Positions 44,520-58,219 of a DNA stretch of 64,000 nt are shown here, in pieces. The first letter of the stretch is position 1; every line of letters starts with the position of its first letter. The translations under genes were made by a program, and so were the position numbers. The notes under the pieces were generated by a model. It was given only the letters and a program-made list of their open reading frames with translations, was not told the origin of the DNA and did no database searches. Source of the DNA: Takakia lepidozioides. Taxonomy: Eukaryota > Plantae > Bryophyta. The DNA lies in NCBI GenBank assembly GCA_030704615.1, contig CM060733.1, positions 55,428,001-55,492,000 of the forward strand, read 5' to 3'.

Positions 44520-47060
44520 AGCTTCCACGCCGAGTGAAGCCTTCATGGTAATTGAGTTAGAGGATGCCCTTCTTGAGCTTAAAGGTTTCAAAGCCCCTGG
44601 TTTGGATGTGGTTCCAGCCGAGTTTTATAAGGCCTTGTGGTCGGACTTTATTAAAATGGTGAATGACATTGCTGCTAAGGATATAATGCCTTCCCACTGG
44701 CTCAAGGAGTCATCTCCCTCATCTTTAAGAAAGGGGCCTGGACTCTTATTTCAAACTACCGTCCGATTACACTTTTGAATGTTGCCTATAAAATTGTTGC
44801 CAAGTGCCTTGCTCTCCGTCTTCAGCAGCGGTTTCTTCCAAGCATCATTAGACCATCCCAGTCGGGATTTGTTAAAAATCGAATGCTCCTTGACAATATC
44901 ATTTTAGCCAATGAAGCTCTGCATTTTGCGAATGCCTCTCTGGCGGTAGTCATGCTGGACATTGAAAAGGCTTTTGATAGGATAAATTGGCCGTTTCTCT
45001 TTGGGGCTCTCCATAAGATAGGGCTTCCCCCTTTCTTCATTCTCTTCTTCTTTCTGCTGCCTCCAGGCGGGTAATTACTAATGGACACCTTTCTCGTCCT
45101 TTCCCCCTTGAGAGATCCGTCGGCCAGGGCTGTCCGCTCTCCCGCCTCCTTTTCCTCATTGCTGCTGACTATCTTGGTTAACCTTCCTGTGATTCAAGGT
45201 TTGTTCATTCCACACCTCAGTGTTAAATTCAACCTTAACATCTCTTCTTATGCAGATGACACTACCCTCTTTCTCAGAAATGACCTGAAGATTAACATAG
45301 ATAATGCGTTTGCCACCCTGGATTCCTTTTGCCTGGCCTCAGGATTTAAGGTCAATTGGAGGAAGTTCAAGGGGCTGCCCACCTCCCATTTGGGGCTTAG
45401 ATTGGGGTTTGTCTTGGCTCAGAGTCCCATCCACTGCTTGGTCACTTAATGGGGCATGGTCTTTCGCTGGAGCAGCGCTTTCGCCCTATTTTAGCTAGAC
45501 TAAAGGGAAAGCTTAGTTTTTGGTGTTCCTCTTGGCTGTCCCTGGTAGGCAGAGCGCTGGTGGTGAATCAGATTCTTGAAGCCTCAATCTGGTTTATTGC
45601 CTCTGTATGGTACCCGGGTGTCTCAATTATCAAACAAATTAAAGCACCGGTTCGTAACTTCCTTTGAGGAGCTGCGGATGGCAGTGGCGCGTAGATCCTT
45701 GGTCTCCTGGAAACAACTTTGCCCAAAAAAAAAAGTTGGGTGGTTTGGGCATTTTAGATTTGGAATCCCAAATCACGGCGCTGCTTGGTAAGTTTCCCAG
45801 GTCATTTCTACCAGATGCAGGCCCGTAGAAGTTTCTTTTGTGGAAACATTTGGAGTCAGCCACACCAAAAGCTAACCCCCTTTGGTGCAGATCTCTGCGC
45901 TGGCAAGGAGGAGCTCTGAATCGCAGACCTGTGGGCAGCTCTTCAACCTAGCTTTCTATCTGGGGTGCATGGGTTAAACTCAGGGAACATCTCTTCCAGC
46001 GTCCCCCAAGTTGTTGGGAAGAGGTGATGAGGCAACCGGTGTTTGGTAATTTACAGCTTGATGATGAATGTCTTGCTAACTGCTCTCGGCCATGGGCTCG
46101 GTGGGAAGCAGCAGGCTTTACTTCTGTGGGAAACTTATGGGTGGCTGGTTCTATTGCTCCCCCTCCTTCTTGGTCTTTATCGGGTCACCGCAGCTTTGCC
46201 TTTCACTGGCCCAACATCTCCTCGGTCATTTCTTCTCGCATCTGTTAAGCTCGTGCCAGCAGCCCTGGCTGGCCCCTTCCTGGCGGGGTTGTTTGGGAGG
46301 TATGTGACGTAATCTTTGTCTCTCATCTCGAGGATTCGGTGGCTTCGGGGCTGGGCTTCTCTGCTGGTGCCTCGGGGGCTTTGGCCCCTATTGCTTTGGT
46401 GTCGGTGCATGCTCACTCTCTCTTTTTTATTAAAATTGTTGACTGCTCCACTGGGAGAATAAACCCCATGCCCGGCAGCTCTGATACCCTGGCTCAATGG
46501 GGGGCAGCACTCCCCTTCTTCTGGCTTTTTAGTCTTCTTGTGCTGCAGCTTCCCTGGGATCCAGCGGAATGAGCATGGCTTTATAAAGACAGGCCTGCCC
46601 CATTCTTCTCCTTCTCGGCCAAGATGGGTTACAATTTGCTGCTCCCTCAGTTCCCCATGGAAGCTAAGCTAAGTGCTAAATGGGCCCATCTAGCCATCCC
46701 CAGAGCAGGTTGGAAGAAAATCTGGGCTGATATCTGGCATACTCACAGAGCTACGAAGATAAGTGTCTTCTTATGGAGACTTGCGAATCGAATTTTGCCA
46801 GTGGAAATTCACAAAAAATAGCATAAATGGCAAAGTGGGCATTCCTGGGACAATGGTTGGAGCCTCGAGTGGCACATTGCCCCTTTAGATGTTTGCACGA
46901 TCTGCACCTCGCAGATGTCAGAATCTCTAGAGCACTGTCTTATTTCCTGTGATTTTGCTCGATTAGTGTGTATAAAAATTCGTATTTTCTTCCTCCCTTG
47001 GAATTCTATTGAAATTTCAAACCATTCCACTCTCCTATTTAACCTTTCTAATGGGGTTAC
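44520..47060 (+). mobile_element. Degenerate L1/Tx1-like LINE (RT plus C-terminal zinc finger), frameshifted
   Basis: KAPGLDVVPAEFYKALW, NYRPITLLNVAYKIVAK, QSGFVKNRMLLDNI, LDIEKAFDRINW, QGCPLS, YADDTTLFL and ESLEHCLISC, spread over several frames. Confidence 0.88.
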
Positions 47061-48473
47061 TTGGCTGTCAGTAACCTGCTCCACCCATATCCACTACGCT
47101 GTAGCCAACTCCATCCCCATCATACACTCTTATAACAGCTACCTCCCATGTACCCATCCTCTTTGGTCCCTCAAAACCCACCGTATAACCCATTGCCCGC
47201 ACGGGAGATACCCCCACAACCCCTGGCATCCAAACACTCATCTCGCCACCCACGATCCCACTTTAAGTCCTATAAACTAGCTTGTGAAACACTTTTACTT
47301 CTTCGTTGCGGGCACATCCAACCAAACCCACGTCCCTCTACCATCACCGGCATCATCAACAAGCTTCCCAAGGACCATCAAGAAAGACGAACTTTATTTT
47401 CAAACCAACACCGTCTCGCTTGTACCTGCATACCAACACCTAAGTGACCACTTCGCTCCCTTTCTTCCCCACCCCTCCACCAATACCCACAAACCCACAC
47501 ACCCAATAGCTACCTTTTGGGTTGTGAGCCTACCAAAACCCATCCCTAGTCAATGCCACACTTAAACTAAACATGTACCCGTGCACCACCTCCTTTTCTC
47601 ACTAATCATCATCATCTCCCCCAATACCCTCAATATGCGATGACTACTTTAAAACCCATTCAAATGAGTTTTCTTGGCGCTTGGCAACAACAAAATATGC
47701 AAGTTCTGTTCGATTTGCCTCAGAAGATTTTCTGCATTTCGTTGCATATAGATTAGTGGTCAATACATTTATTGTAATTCATTTTTACAGTCAATTCTTC
47801 AAAAATATTTGTTGTAAGTATACAGACTATTTGACGGATAATGGAATGATATTTCTTGTTTACTTTTATTTTTTCTATGTCATTTGATACTTATTAAAAA
47901 AACGTTGTGTTTTATTTAAGGTTTGTACTAATGTTGAGCGGACATTAGATTTTGCTTCAAACCCTTGGCGGATCCCAGCCCGGTATGTGTGTGTGTGCGC
48001 CAAAGGTCAAAAAATCTAATGTCCGCCTCAATGAGGAATTACCGGATACGAAGATAACCGTAGCTGGTTGAGAACTGGTTCTTTTGATTTTATTTTGATT
48101 TTTATTTATTTTTAAAATTGTGGCAGTAGTTGATTAGAGAGGGTGAAAAAATAACCACCAAGAGGCCATGGAGCTTATAGTGGGAAGACTGCCTCGTAAC
48201 CAAGAGTACAAAGAAAACATAAAGAAAGAAAGTTTTGAGATCAATGAAGCAGAGAGAAAGAGCCAGAATGTACTATCATGAAGAAGATAAAGATAAGATA
48301 AGACTAACGTCCAGTGAATTTACAAAGCCTACTGCTCAACACACAGGCCATCGAGGGCCCAATGGACGGTTTGAAGGCACATGTTGAAGGACCAACCTAG
48401 GATCACCTAGGTTATGCACAGGAAAGGCACAACACCCAACCACTTAGGGCGGGAGATGATAGTAGAGAGTGAA

Positions 48474-49262
48474 ACTTAAGTGCAGATCAAGAGACCTAAC
48501 CCAAGAACCAGAAAATTGAGAAAGACATCAGCTTGGCGTGGAGGCTCGTAGTGGGGAGAAAAGGGGTCAAATATACGACTAAGGTGAGGGATATCGGAGA
48601 TCAAGTAGGTAGAGGGAAATTGTTTGACCCTCGCTGCGTTGACCAAGTGGCACGCAGCCATTTGTTGGTTTTTGGGTTGGATGAAGCAAGATCCCATGGG
48701 GATGGAACCCTCCAATTCCCATGCCCATCACATTTCATCCCGTCATGCAAATTTGGATTTTTCAGCTTCATAATGTTTTTTTTTTTTTTTTTTTTTTTTC
48801 AATAGCCCAGAATTTGGGGCCCATTTGCAACTGTGGCCTTTCCTATCAGATTCATTGATTGGCCCAAACATTTTCCAGGACCTGCACAGGGTAGTTATTG
48901 CCCAAATGTACAGTCAATTTTCCAAATTTCTGATTTTTCTAACATTTATAAGATTCTTGATCTGAAACCACAGCCGCGTGAGCTGCAAATATCACAAGGA
49001 GATGGGAGCATAGCAAATGACTAGATGGAGGTTGTCTATGACCAAAATGAGCAAATTGAAGATCCTGATGGAAAGGTAAGAACGAGGAAGCCAAAACAAA
49101 ATTAACTTAAGTGCAGATCGAGCGACCTAGCCCAAGAACCAGAAAACTGAGAAAGACATCAGCTTGGCGTGGAGGCTCAAAGTGGGGAGACCTCCCCAAT
49201 ACCAAGGGATCAAAGATAAGACAAAAGGTGAGAGATATCGGAGATCGAGTAGGTAGAGGGAA
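48474..49262. repeat. ~150-bp dispersed direct repeat (copies ~48474-48620 and ~49104-49262)
   Basis: AACTTAAGTGCAGATC.AG.GACCTA.CCCAAGAACCAGAAAA.TGAGAAAGACATCAGCTTGGCGTGGAGGCTC...GATATCGGAGATC.AGTAGGTAGAGGGAAA is present twice. Confidence 0.85.
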
Positions 49263-49909
49263 AATGGCCACAGAGTGTGGTGTGAAAACTGTGACCAATG
49301 ACAAAAGATTAAACTATACAGGACGTTATCAGAGTTACATTGGTTGCCCATCTATGCTATAGTGGAAGAGTAAACATAGACAAGAGTGAGATAAGTGACA
49401 GCATGATTGTGATTGCATATGGCAACACTGCCCCTGAAGATCAATTCACAACAATCGAGGAGGTCGCATGAGCGGTGAGCATGAGCGGAGTATTCCAAAC
49501 CTTGCCCGAATCTACACTGAACCACAATTATAGAACCGAAAACGCAGATCCCGACATCCCCGCGCACCGACTTCCCCATACATAAAAGGGACAATTTGGG
49601 ATTTTGTAAACGTCCACGGATAGGGGTTTCAACGCCTATAGCCGTGCCCACAGTTTGGCCGTTATAGTCGGCATCAACTACAACACAACAAGCCAATTTG
49701 AGATAAAACACCTTTACCCGTGCCAAGCGTGCGGGTGTTGTAGTCGCCAACGACTACAGAAAGCATCCGAAATTATGAGGGTAATCTGTTAGAGGGCTGT
49801 CTGGGACTTAGGTAGTTTTACGGGTTCTGTGGGATACCCTTAATTTTTGCGCAGACTTATGGATGATAGACTTAGACCAACACATGCCTTAGGGGTGGTA
49901 GACAGGCTT

Positions 49910-50145
49910 ACACAGTCAGTCACAGCCTTACACAGTTAGACACAGCTTGACACAGCCTTATATAGTTTGTCACAGCCTGACACAGCCTATCACAGTCCAA
50001 CACAGCCAGTCACAGCCCGACACGGTCCAACACAACCAGTCACAGCTCGGTACAGTCACAGCCTGACATAGTCCAACACAGCCAGTCACAGCTCGGCACA
50101 GTCACAGCCGACACAGTTTGGTACAGCCCAACACAGCATTCACAG
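49910..50145. repeat. Degenerate ~10-bp minisatellite (CACAG core)
   Basis: About 20 imperfect units such as CACAGCCTGA, CACAGTCCAA and CACAGCCAGT. Confidence 0.85.
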
Positions 50146-53100
50146 GAAACGGTTATTATTGGCAGGGAACGACTGTGTGGGAACAACATCTGCAGAGGGA
50201 ACGTGCATTCTGTCTTGAATGGCAGTTAGTTAGTTAGGCGGTTAGAACAGCTTGCAGATAGATTAAGCAGAGTAGCAGCAACAAGGGACACACTTCTTGG
50301 ATCACGACTTGGTCATCGCGGGAAGGGAGCACGAACTTGAGTACAAGGATGGAGAGCACGGTGAAGGAGGAGAGACGATCTGTTGATGCTTGATTCATGC
50401 AAGCTGTAGAGATGTACTATAGAGCAGATTAGAGACACCATGGCTACGGCCTGATACTTGATAGACAATAATCTGATACATATTTGATACACTCACACTG
50501 TGTAGACAGACTTGAGTGAAGCTGTGGAATGAATGGATGAGTGGATGGAACCTGGTAGATTGCTGAAGCAATCTCATACTTAATTATAGACAGTAAGGTA
50601 ACTTGCTAACATGAATGTGAGAAGGAATACAAATATGAAGCATCCCCATGATACACTAGCTGTAGGTCATGACTGATTGTTCTGAGCAGGCTGAGTGCTT
50701 AGAGATTTCCAACTCTTCTATCTTGGAGTTCCCACCTCGGATAGCGAAGTGATGGGTAGTAAAAGCCACTCGACATTTGGCAACCATACTGGGGAACTGA
50801 GTCAAGAACAACCAGATGTGACATGCATCTGGTGGGATCATGGTGGTTGGAGAATCAAAGAATTTGATGTGAATCAAATTCCCTGTGGAACTGAGAAAGA
50901 AAGATTGTCCAAACAATTCTTTCAGAGGTTCTTGGAATTGCCAGATGGTTGCAAAGAAAACATTCTTAAGAGAGTGCATGATGTTGATCCAGAGTGGGGT
51001 CTGGAAAAAAGAGTGATAAAGATTTATCAAGTGGCATGTAGGGGAAGAGCAAGTTTGTTACCAATACTGGTTTATGTGATAGCATTGCTATCCATTAAAT
51101 GAGTGGAGTTTGAAAGTTGGGAGGAACGAAAAGTGAATGTTTACACTCACATGCAAGAAGAACTTGTACTGGTAAAGAATTGGATTCCTAAGGATATCCT
51201 CTGGATCAAACTTACACCAAGAACAGCTTTTCAGACGTGCTTGCCATATGGTTATATGGTAACGGAGTCTTCTAGTATAGCCAAGGGTGCATTAAAGTTT
51301 GAAAGAAATCCAGGCATATACGAGAGATACTACAGAAGAGAGTTTTGGTTATTGCCTCATTAAAGATATGAAAGACATGGGACATGAGTGATGAAAGAGA
51401 AGCTAGACTCCACAAATATTCAGCAAAAAGATAAAGTTATTTGAAAGCTAATTATCCATATCTTTGGGAGAGAGGAATAGACATAGGAGAATCATCTGGA
51501 CCTCTCACACCATTAAGACCAGAGAGAACATCACCCATACCGGAAGAACCAGAGTAGGATGTCACTCCTTCTTATTCTCTACAAGAAAGATTAAGGGATT
51601 TGGTACAGGAAGAAGATCAGCCACGAGGGGAAAGAACTGAGGTACATCCCTGCATTAAAGATTTGACAGAAATCTTTGATCGGGGTTGGCATGGAGCACC
51701 AAAAGCAAGAACACCAGTTTCTGAAGCACAAGACAAAGAAGGAGAGGATGATGTGGCTGAGCCAACGGAGCGTTCAAACTCTCCAACACCACTTCAGTTG
51801 AGTTATATGAGTGAGAAAGAAGAAATCCAAGAGAAGAACTTGGAAAATGAAAACAGATAGAAGAATTTGGAAGATGAAGAGTATGAAGAAGTAGACCCAA
51901 CAGTTGAGGTTGAGACTACAACCAGGACATCCCAACCTATTGGACCTGGATCAAGTGGAGCACTTGGATCACAGGCCAACAAAGGTGTCGGCTCAGGGGG
52001 ATCAGGTGGGCAGCTTGGATCTAGCTTGCTTTTCATTGAAAGCTTTCTCCTGTCATCTTTGGTGTAGTCTTTAGGAAATTTCCCTGTGTTCAGATAGTAT
52101 TGGATTGGCCATTGTCAATCGTCTTGATCTTGATTCTGAATGTCTTCTGATTCTTCTTGGGTAACTGTATAAGCTCCAATACTGATATTGGCCAATTCAT
52201 GATTGTCTGTTTTCTTGTTTTCTTTATTATCTCCTTCTTCTGGATCTGGCTCTTCCTCAATAATAGGTCCTTCATCAAGAGGTTCATCTTCATCTGATGA
52301 GTCATCTTCTTCATCAGTGTCATCCATGAGTTTAAGAGTATCTGGAAGGTCGTAGTCTCCTTGAAACACTCCCAGAACGTCTAGAGAATCTGTCTCTTCA
52401 TCTTGTGCTTTTGGTCGAACAGCAAACAGAAATGCGTCGGGAAGTTGATCTTCTACCCCCGTGGCTAGTTCTCCTGTAGTAATTCTTGACAGATGATCTA
52501 CTGTAACATGTAATCTTCCTGGTTTATGAACAACTTCAAAATCATACTCATGAAGAAGTAATAGCCATTGAGCAACCCTGCCACTAGCTAGTGGTTGATT
52601 CGCTAAATGAACTAGAGCATGATGATCAACAATAAACTTAAAGCGATTGCCAAGTAAATAATGCCAAAACTTTTGAACAGCATAAATCATTGCCAATGCT
52701 TCCCTTTCTGTGGTGCTATAGTTCTTCTCGGCTGTTGTCAACAATCTCCTTGCATAATAGATTGGTGAATCTATTGTGCTCGTCACATTCTGAGCTAGCA
52801 TTGCTCCCAAAGCAATTCCTGATGCATCACTGTGTACATGAAATGGTAAATCCCATCTTGGATTTATCAGAATTGGTGTTGTTGTGAGTGCCCTTTTTAG
52901 GGAATCAAATGATTCCTGACAAGCTGGAGACCATTGGTATTCGACATCTTGCTTCAGCAGTCTATAGACTGGTGCCGCTCTATGAGCATATTTGTCCATG
53001 TACCTTCTATAATAGCTTGTCTGTCCCAGAAATCTCTTGAGTTTCTTGGGATTTTCTGGTGGTGGTATTTTCTGGATAACCTCCACTTTCTTTGGATCCA

Positions 53101-55254
53101 CCAGAATTCCCTGTTGGCACACAATGTGTCCCAACAATAATCCTGAATTCACACAAAATGTACATTTTTCCGGATTGAGACTTACTCCATTGTTCTTGCA
53201 GGCTTGTAAGCAAAGTTTTAACTGTGCCAAGTGTTGGATTTCTGTCCGAAGACACTGAAATCATCCAAAAATACCTGCATAAAATCGTTGAGATAATTCT
53301 TGAATATCTCAGATATTGCTCGCTGAAACGTGGCTGGTGCGTTGCAAAGTCCAAATGGCATGACTTTTCAAGCATAGGCCCCCCATTCAGTGATGAATGC
53401 GGTCTTTTCTCGGTCTTCTTCTGCCATCTGCACCTGGTTGACCCACTGAACCCATCCATGAATGAGTACATCTCATGTCCTGCCACTGTGTCCAACACTA
53501 TTTCGGTGAAAGGTAATGGAAAGGGGTCTTTCTTGGTTCCTGCGTTTAACTTGCGGTAGTCCACACATACTCGTAATTTTCCATTTTTCTTGGGTACTAT
53601 CACAATGGGCGATAACCATTGTGGTGTCTTTACTGGGTATATGAATCCTGCATCCAGTAATTTCTTGATTTCTTCCCAAACTTTAGCTGCATAGTTGGGG
53701 TTCATTCTGTAACGGTTCTGACGAATTGGTCTTGTGTCAACTTCCAATTCAATTCGGTGCTGACAGATGTTGGAAGGTATACCCTTCAAATCTTTGAAGT
53801 TCCAGGCAAATACATCCTTGTATTCAGTGAATAATGTAGTGGCTTCTTGTAGAAATGATTCTTCAAGACCTGCACTTACTTGTATTATCTGTGGTTCTTC
53901 CACTGTTCCCACATTCACTTGAATCAATTGAGTTTCTTCCGTTACTGTCCATCCTGGAATTTCTTGTCCGATGGTCGCAATCGTGGCAGGTACTTCACTG
54001 ATTTTAATGTCTTCTTCCATTTCTTGATAAAAACGGGCAGGGTGTGTGTCCATAGCTTCTTCCTCCGGATCTTCCATTCTCGGGGTATTCGGTTCTCCTT
54101 GGGTGTTCACCATGTGACATCCTACTGTTGGGGTATGTTTGACCACTAATTGCCCAATAGGTTCCAGCTGTGGATGCACTAAAAGAAAAACGCGGAATAA
54201 CCACTCATTTTGAGTGGTAAAAGACACTAAACCACTCTGGCCCCAGAGTGATGAAGAACCAGTGCATTAGGACAAGTGAGTGGTAAAAGACATTACGTGG
54301 CACCGGTGGTTAAGGACAGTGGTTCGAACCACTCACGTCCGGGTCCACCTGTTAGCTGACGTGTCACAGTGGTAAATTAACCACTGTGACATGTCAATGA
54401 CGTGTCACTGAGGTAAACCAACCACTTATGACGTGTCACAGTGGTAAACTGACGTGTCATAGTGGTAAAGTAACCACTTCCGTTTTGTAGTGGAGACGTG
54501 TAAGCCGGTGGTCCGTGGATGATATTGGAGATTATGTCGATTCGTGGCGACACTCTCAGCATGGTCACATGTCGTGTGTCAATGCTACAAAATGGATGGA
54601 GTGAAAAATTCAATGACTTCCGAAACCACTTGTTGAGTGACCACAAAATGACTCATAGAGTCATTCTATGAAAACTAAGAATATACAATATCACTCACAG
54701 AGCGGTTATGTGAGTGGATGATGTCTCTCAGCAGGTCATTGGAATGATTACCCACAGAGTGGTGTGTAAGCTATTTGAGTCATTCATGGTGTCTCTCTGA
54801 GTGGGAACTATGGATTTGAGTCATTACTAACAGAGTGGTGTGTAAGTGATTAGGAATACCACTGGAGGAATTCATACCACTACTACAGTAATATATATGT
54901 GACTACTTATACCACTATACTAGTGGTAATGTAGGCAATTGTGTGCATTTGGCTACTCCCACAGTTTTAAATTATACCACTATTACAGTGATGTGCAAGT
55001 GATTATGAACATGACTAGAGGAACATATACCACTAGTGTAGTGTTTAAAGAAGTACCATTGGGGATTCAAGCTCCACAAAATAGAATAAAATCCCAGAGA
55101 GTTAAGTGTTGGAACACTGTCAATAAAATCCAGCCATGATAAAAGCACTAAGCCTAACTTCTACACAGCGTCTCCGCATGCATGCTAGGAACATTGAACT
55201 GCTTTCATGCCTTCTTCTCACTGCCAGCAATGTCTATGCCCGGGCGAACGAAAT

Positions 55255-55530
55255 CTAAGCCCTCTTCATGTTCTTCTCTGGACAAAGACAATTCAGACCC
55301 ACGACATCCTCCAACATTGTTTGCGGTGGGACCTCTTCCTCGTTAGGGTGAGGCAAGACATAATTGGCAATATAGATATCATTCACCTCAACCCGCCACA
55401 ATCCCTCAGGTATAACACGGCAGTGATATGTATCTTTGCCAGGCACACCAGTGACAATTCCACTGGCAGCCCTGTGTCGTGGTAAATGGGGATCATATAG
55501 GCTGATTTTGTCCTTCAACTTAAACTGCAC
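55255..55530 (-). pseudogene. TnpA/Tnp1-En/Spm-like domain fragment inside the CACTA element
   Basis: AASGIVTGVPGKDTYHCRVIPEGLWRVEVNDIYIANYVLPHP...LEDVVG...CP resembles the small C-terminal domain of CACTA accessory ORFs. Recognised by pattern only. Confidence 0.55.
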
Positions 55531-57283
55531 ACAGCACCCACCATAAAACCCACATTAATCAATCCATGAAGACATACATGTACATTGAAAACTAGATAAT
55601 GAGGACCGCCTAGTATAAGCAATCACTGAAAGTGTAGAGTACTTTTGGTAGCATAAGAATATTTGCCACTGTGGCAGGGGGTTGATATTTGGGGGTTGCC
55701 TTTGAAGGCGCCGCAGTTGGTGCACTGTCGGTGGCAGTATCAAGAGCGTCTTTCTCAGCCTACAAACATCACGCCCAACACCCCTTAGCAGTTTCATTTA
55801 GCAATGCATCTACTAATAGTTTGAAGTACCCAACATGTAAATGGCCACATTGTACAGAACTGATAGCCAACAGGTGCATGCAGGCTCACCTCTAGTACGG
55901 AGACTGTTGCATGGAGAGGCGCCTCCTGAAGGCCCACCTGATTCTTACTCCCGCTAGAACTTGGTGTTATGTCACCATTTGCATCAGTCAAGGACTTTGT
56001 GCCTTTGGCAGCAGTGGCTCTGGTTACATGCCCTCTTTTTCGCATGTACTTCTTCTCAGCTCCCTTCACGATGGCTGGGGCAGGGTCCTCTGCTTTAGTC
56101 CCCTTCTACATGCCAACAAAACAACAAGGTATAGTACATGAGTACGTCTTACCATACCTAATGCATAGAATTCATGGCACACACCAATAAAAAGGGGGGC
56201 CTGCCCACTGCCCACCAGCGGCGTTGCATGGAGGGCCCCAAGTTTGGGCACCTCCTTGTACCCAAGCTCCTTGGGGTCCTCCATTGGACCCACTTGGAAT
56301 CCATGACCACGTGTTCGTTGTCTATGGAGGGGCCATGGGCTACTGCCAGGTAGGTGCTCCTTGCTGCAGCCACGTTTGCCCACCTTTGGATTGCACCCAT
56401 GGGCCATTCGGACCTTGTTGCACCCATGTCATAGGTGGACCAGTAGCATTAGCCACAGCCTCAGTCCCCCCTTCCTTTGCGCGCTTTGATGCAGCCTAAC
56501 ACAAGCCCCCTCCACCCCACAAAGTTAGCAATGATGGAAAATAAGGTCAACTGGGCAACGAGCAAGGTCGGCAGTTCGTGAACGCATACAAACCTTGGCC
56601 CAACGTGCCAAGAAAAGTTTGGCATCCAATGGCGTGAATGCATGGAATGTCATGCTCTGGCGCCCTAGCAATGTCCCACATCCATTCAGTATTAAAACCC
56701 TAACACATGTTCTAACCCTTTGAAATTTAATCCAGCAGTCAAGCCATACATAGTCCAACTCGTAAGCCATTCATCTTTCTCACAAAGTTTCCAGGTCATT
56801 CACATTTAGGAAAGAACCAAGGTTTGATATATAACATTTACCACCATATATGCAGATTGTAAACTCATCACAAAAGCAGATTGCAGGTCTGGAGATAAAT
56901 CTCCGGAACCAGGCTCAAAGTATATCAGGTTTGAAATGAAACAATCAACCACTCATGCCTTAAGTTCACAAGCCAATCATAGTAGTAATAGGCTTGGTTA
57001 TATAAACCAATCACCATCTCAGTCACTGTGAGCATATACATTTCATGCCATTCTCTAGCCTCTCCCTCACTCTCAGTCTAGCCCCACACACTCCCTTCTC
57101 CATCAGTTCATCACTCCAAAGATCATTCCTCCGCCATACACCCCAGCCTCTTACTCACTTAGATTTACCCTAAACCTTGCTCGGTTCTGCCTCTACCTCT
57201 GCTTTACACAAAACCCTACCCTAAACCCTACACATCATGAAAATGCTCAATTGCTTCCACAATCTGAGGGGAACTAAGGGTGA

Positions 57284-57416
57284 GATTGTACTCATAAGAC
57301 GTTGTTTGCCGTAGCCTTGTGGCCATTGACCCCGCGCCCAGTTTGAGCGGGAACAAAAGGAACAGAACCTACCTCTGTCAGGGGCTGACGTTGGTAGTAA
57401 GACTTACCTTCATATA
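57284..57416 (-). mobile_element. LINE 3'-end fragment (4322-4881 family) nested in the CACTA element
   Basis: Near-identical reverse complement of ~4748-4880 (GATTGTACTCATAAGACG.TGTTTGCCGTAGCCTTGTGGCCATTGACCCCGCGCCCAGTTTGAGCGGGAACAAAAGG...). Confidence 0.88.
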
Positions 57417-57654
57417 AAGACCACATGTCCTCCTTCCAACTAAGTTCAGCAGATGTTCAACAATCCTTTCACCATCTCTTCACACAAGACATCCCCTACT
57501 TTAATGATTGTACCGCTGGCATGAGCAACATCTAAAGGCAGTACACCAGCAACACTTCACCAGCAGAGACACCCATTCCATAGCACTCAAGCACTTTCAT
57601 GACCTCCTACTGTAATTCAGAATATTGTTCCTTCTCCCATGAGTATCAAACCCC

Positions 57655-57993
57655 GCGATCGCGGTTGTCCCACCATCGTGCATGCCTTCATGCCCCGATT
57701 CTAGGGCTTGAGTCCCTATCTGCCCCCTATCCCACCAGGTCCGCTCGTCATTGTACATTGAGAAAAGCCACACCTTGCGATCGCGGTTGTCCCATCATCG
57801 TGCATGCCTTCATTCCCCGATTCTAGGTCTTGAGTCCTTGTCTGCCCCCTATCCCACCAGCTTTGCTCGTCATTGTACATTGAGAAAAAGCCACACCTTG
57901 CGATCGCGGTTGTCCCACCATCGTGCACACCTTCATGCCCCGATTCTAGGTCTTGAGTCCATGTCTGTCCCTATCCCACCAGCTCTGCTCGTC
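57655..57993. repeat. ~122-bp tandem repeat (about 2.8 copies) inside the CACTA element
   Basis: Unit GCGATCGCGGTTGTCCCA.CATCGTGCA...CCCCGATTCTAGG.CTTGAGTCC...CATTGTACATTGAGAAAAGCCACACCTT starts at ~57655, ~57777 and ~57900. Confidence 0.9.
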
Positions 57994-58219
57994 GTCTCTC
58001 ATGATCAGACTCGACACTATAAGAAAACAAACATAGCTCTGTCATGTTTGTCTTTCACGATCAAACTCGACACAAAGAAAACAAACAGATGCCACAATGG
58101 CAGGGAAGACAAAAAAAACGCGAAGTCCCCTCACTCATGACTAGATGGATGAATGTAGCGATAGATGGATGGATTTTTGGGTTTTCCATCAATACACAAA
58201 CCACTAAAGTTTTTCACCA

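Noticed and set aside
49340-50650. 3' LTR of the gypsy element
   Set aside because: Plausible location, but no second LTR copy, clear TG...CA boundaries or PPT could be identified in the window.
57165-57232. Interstitial telomere repeat
   Set aside because: Only two or three scattered CCCTAAA-like words, not an array.
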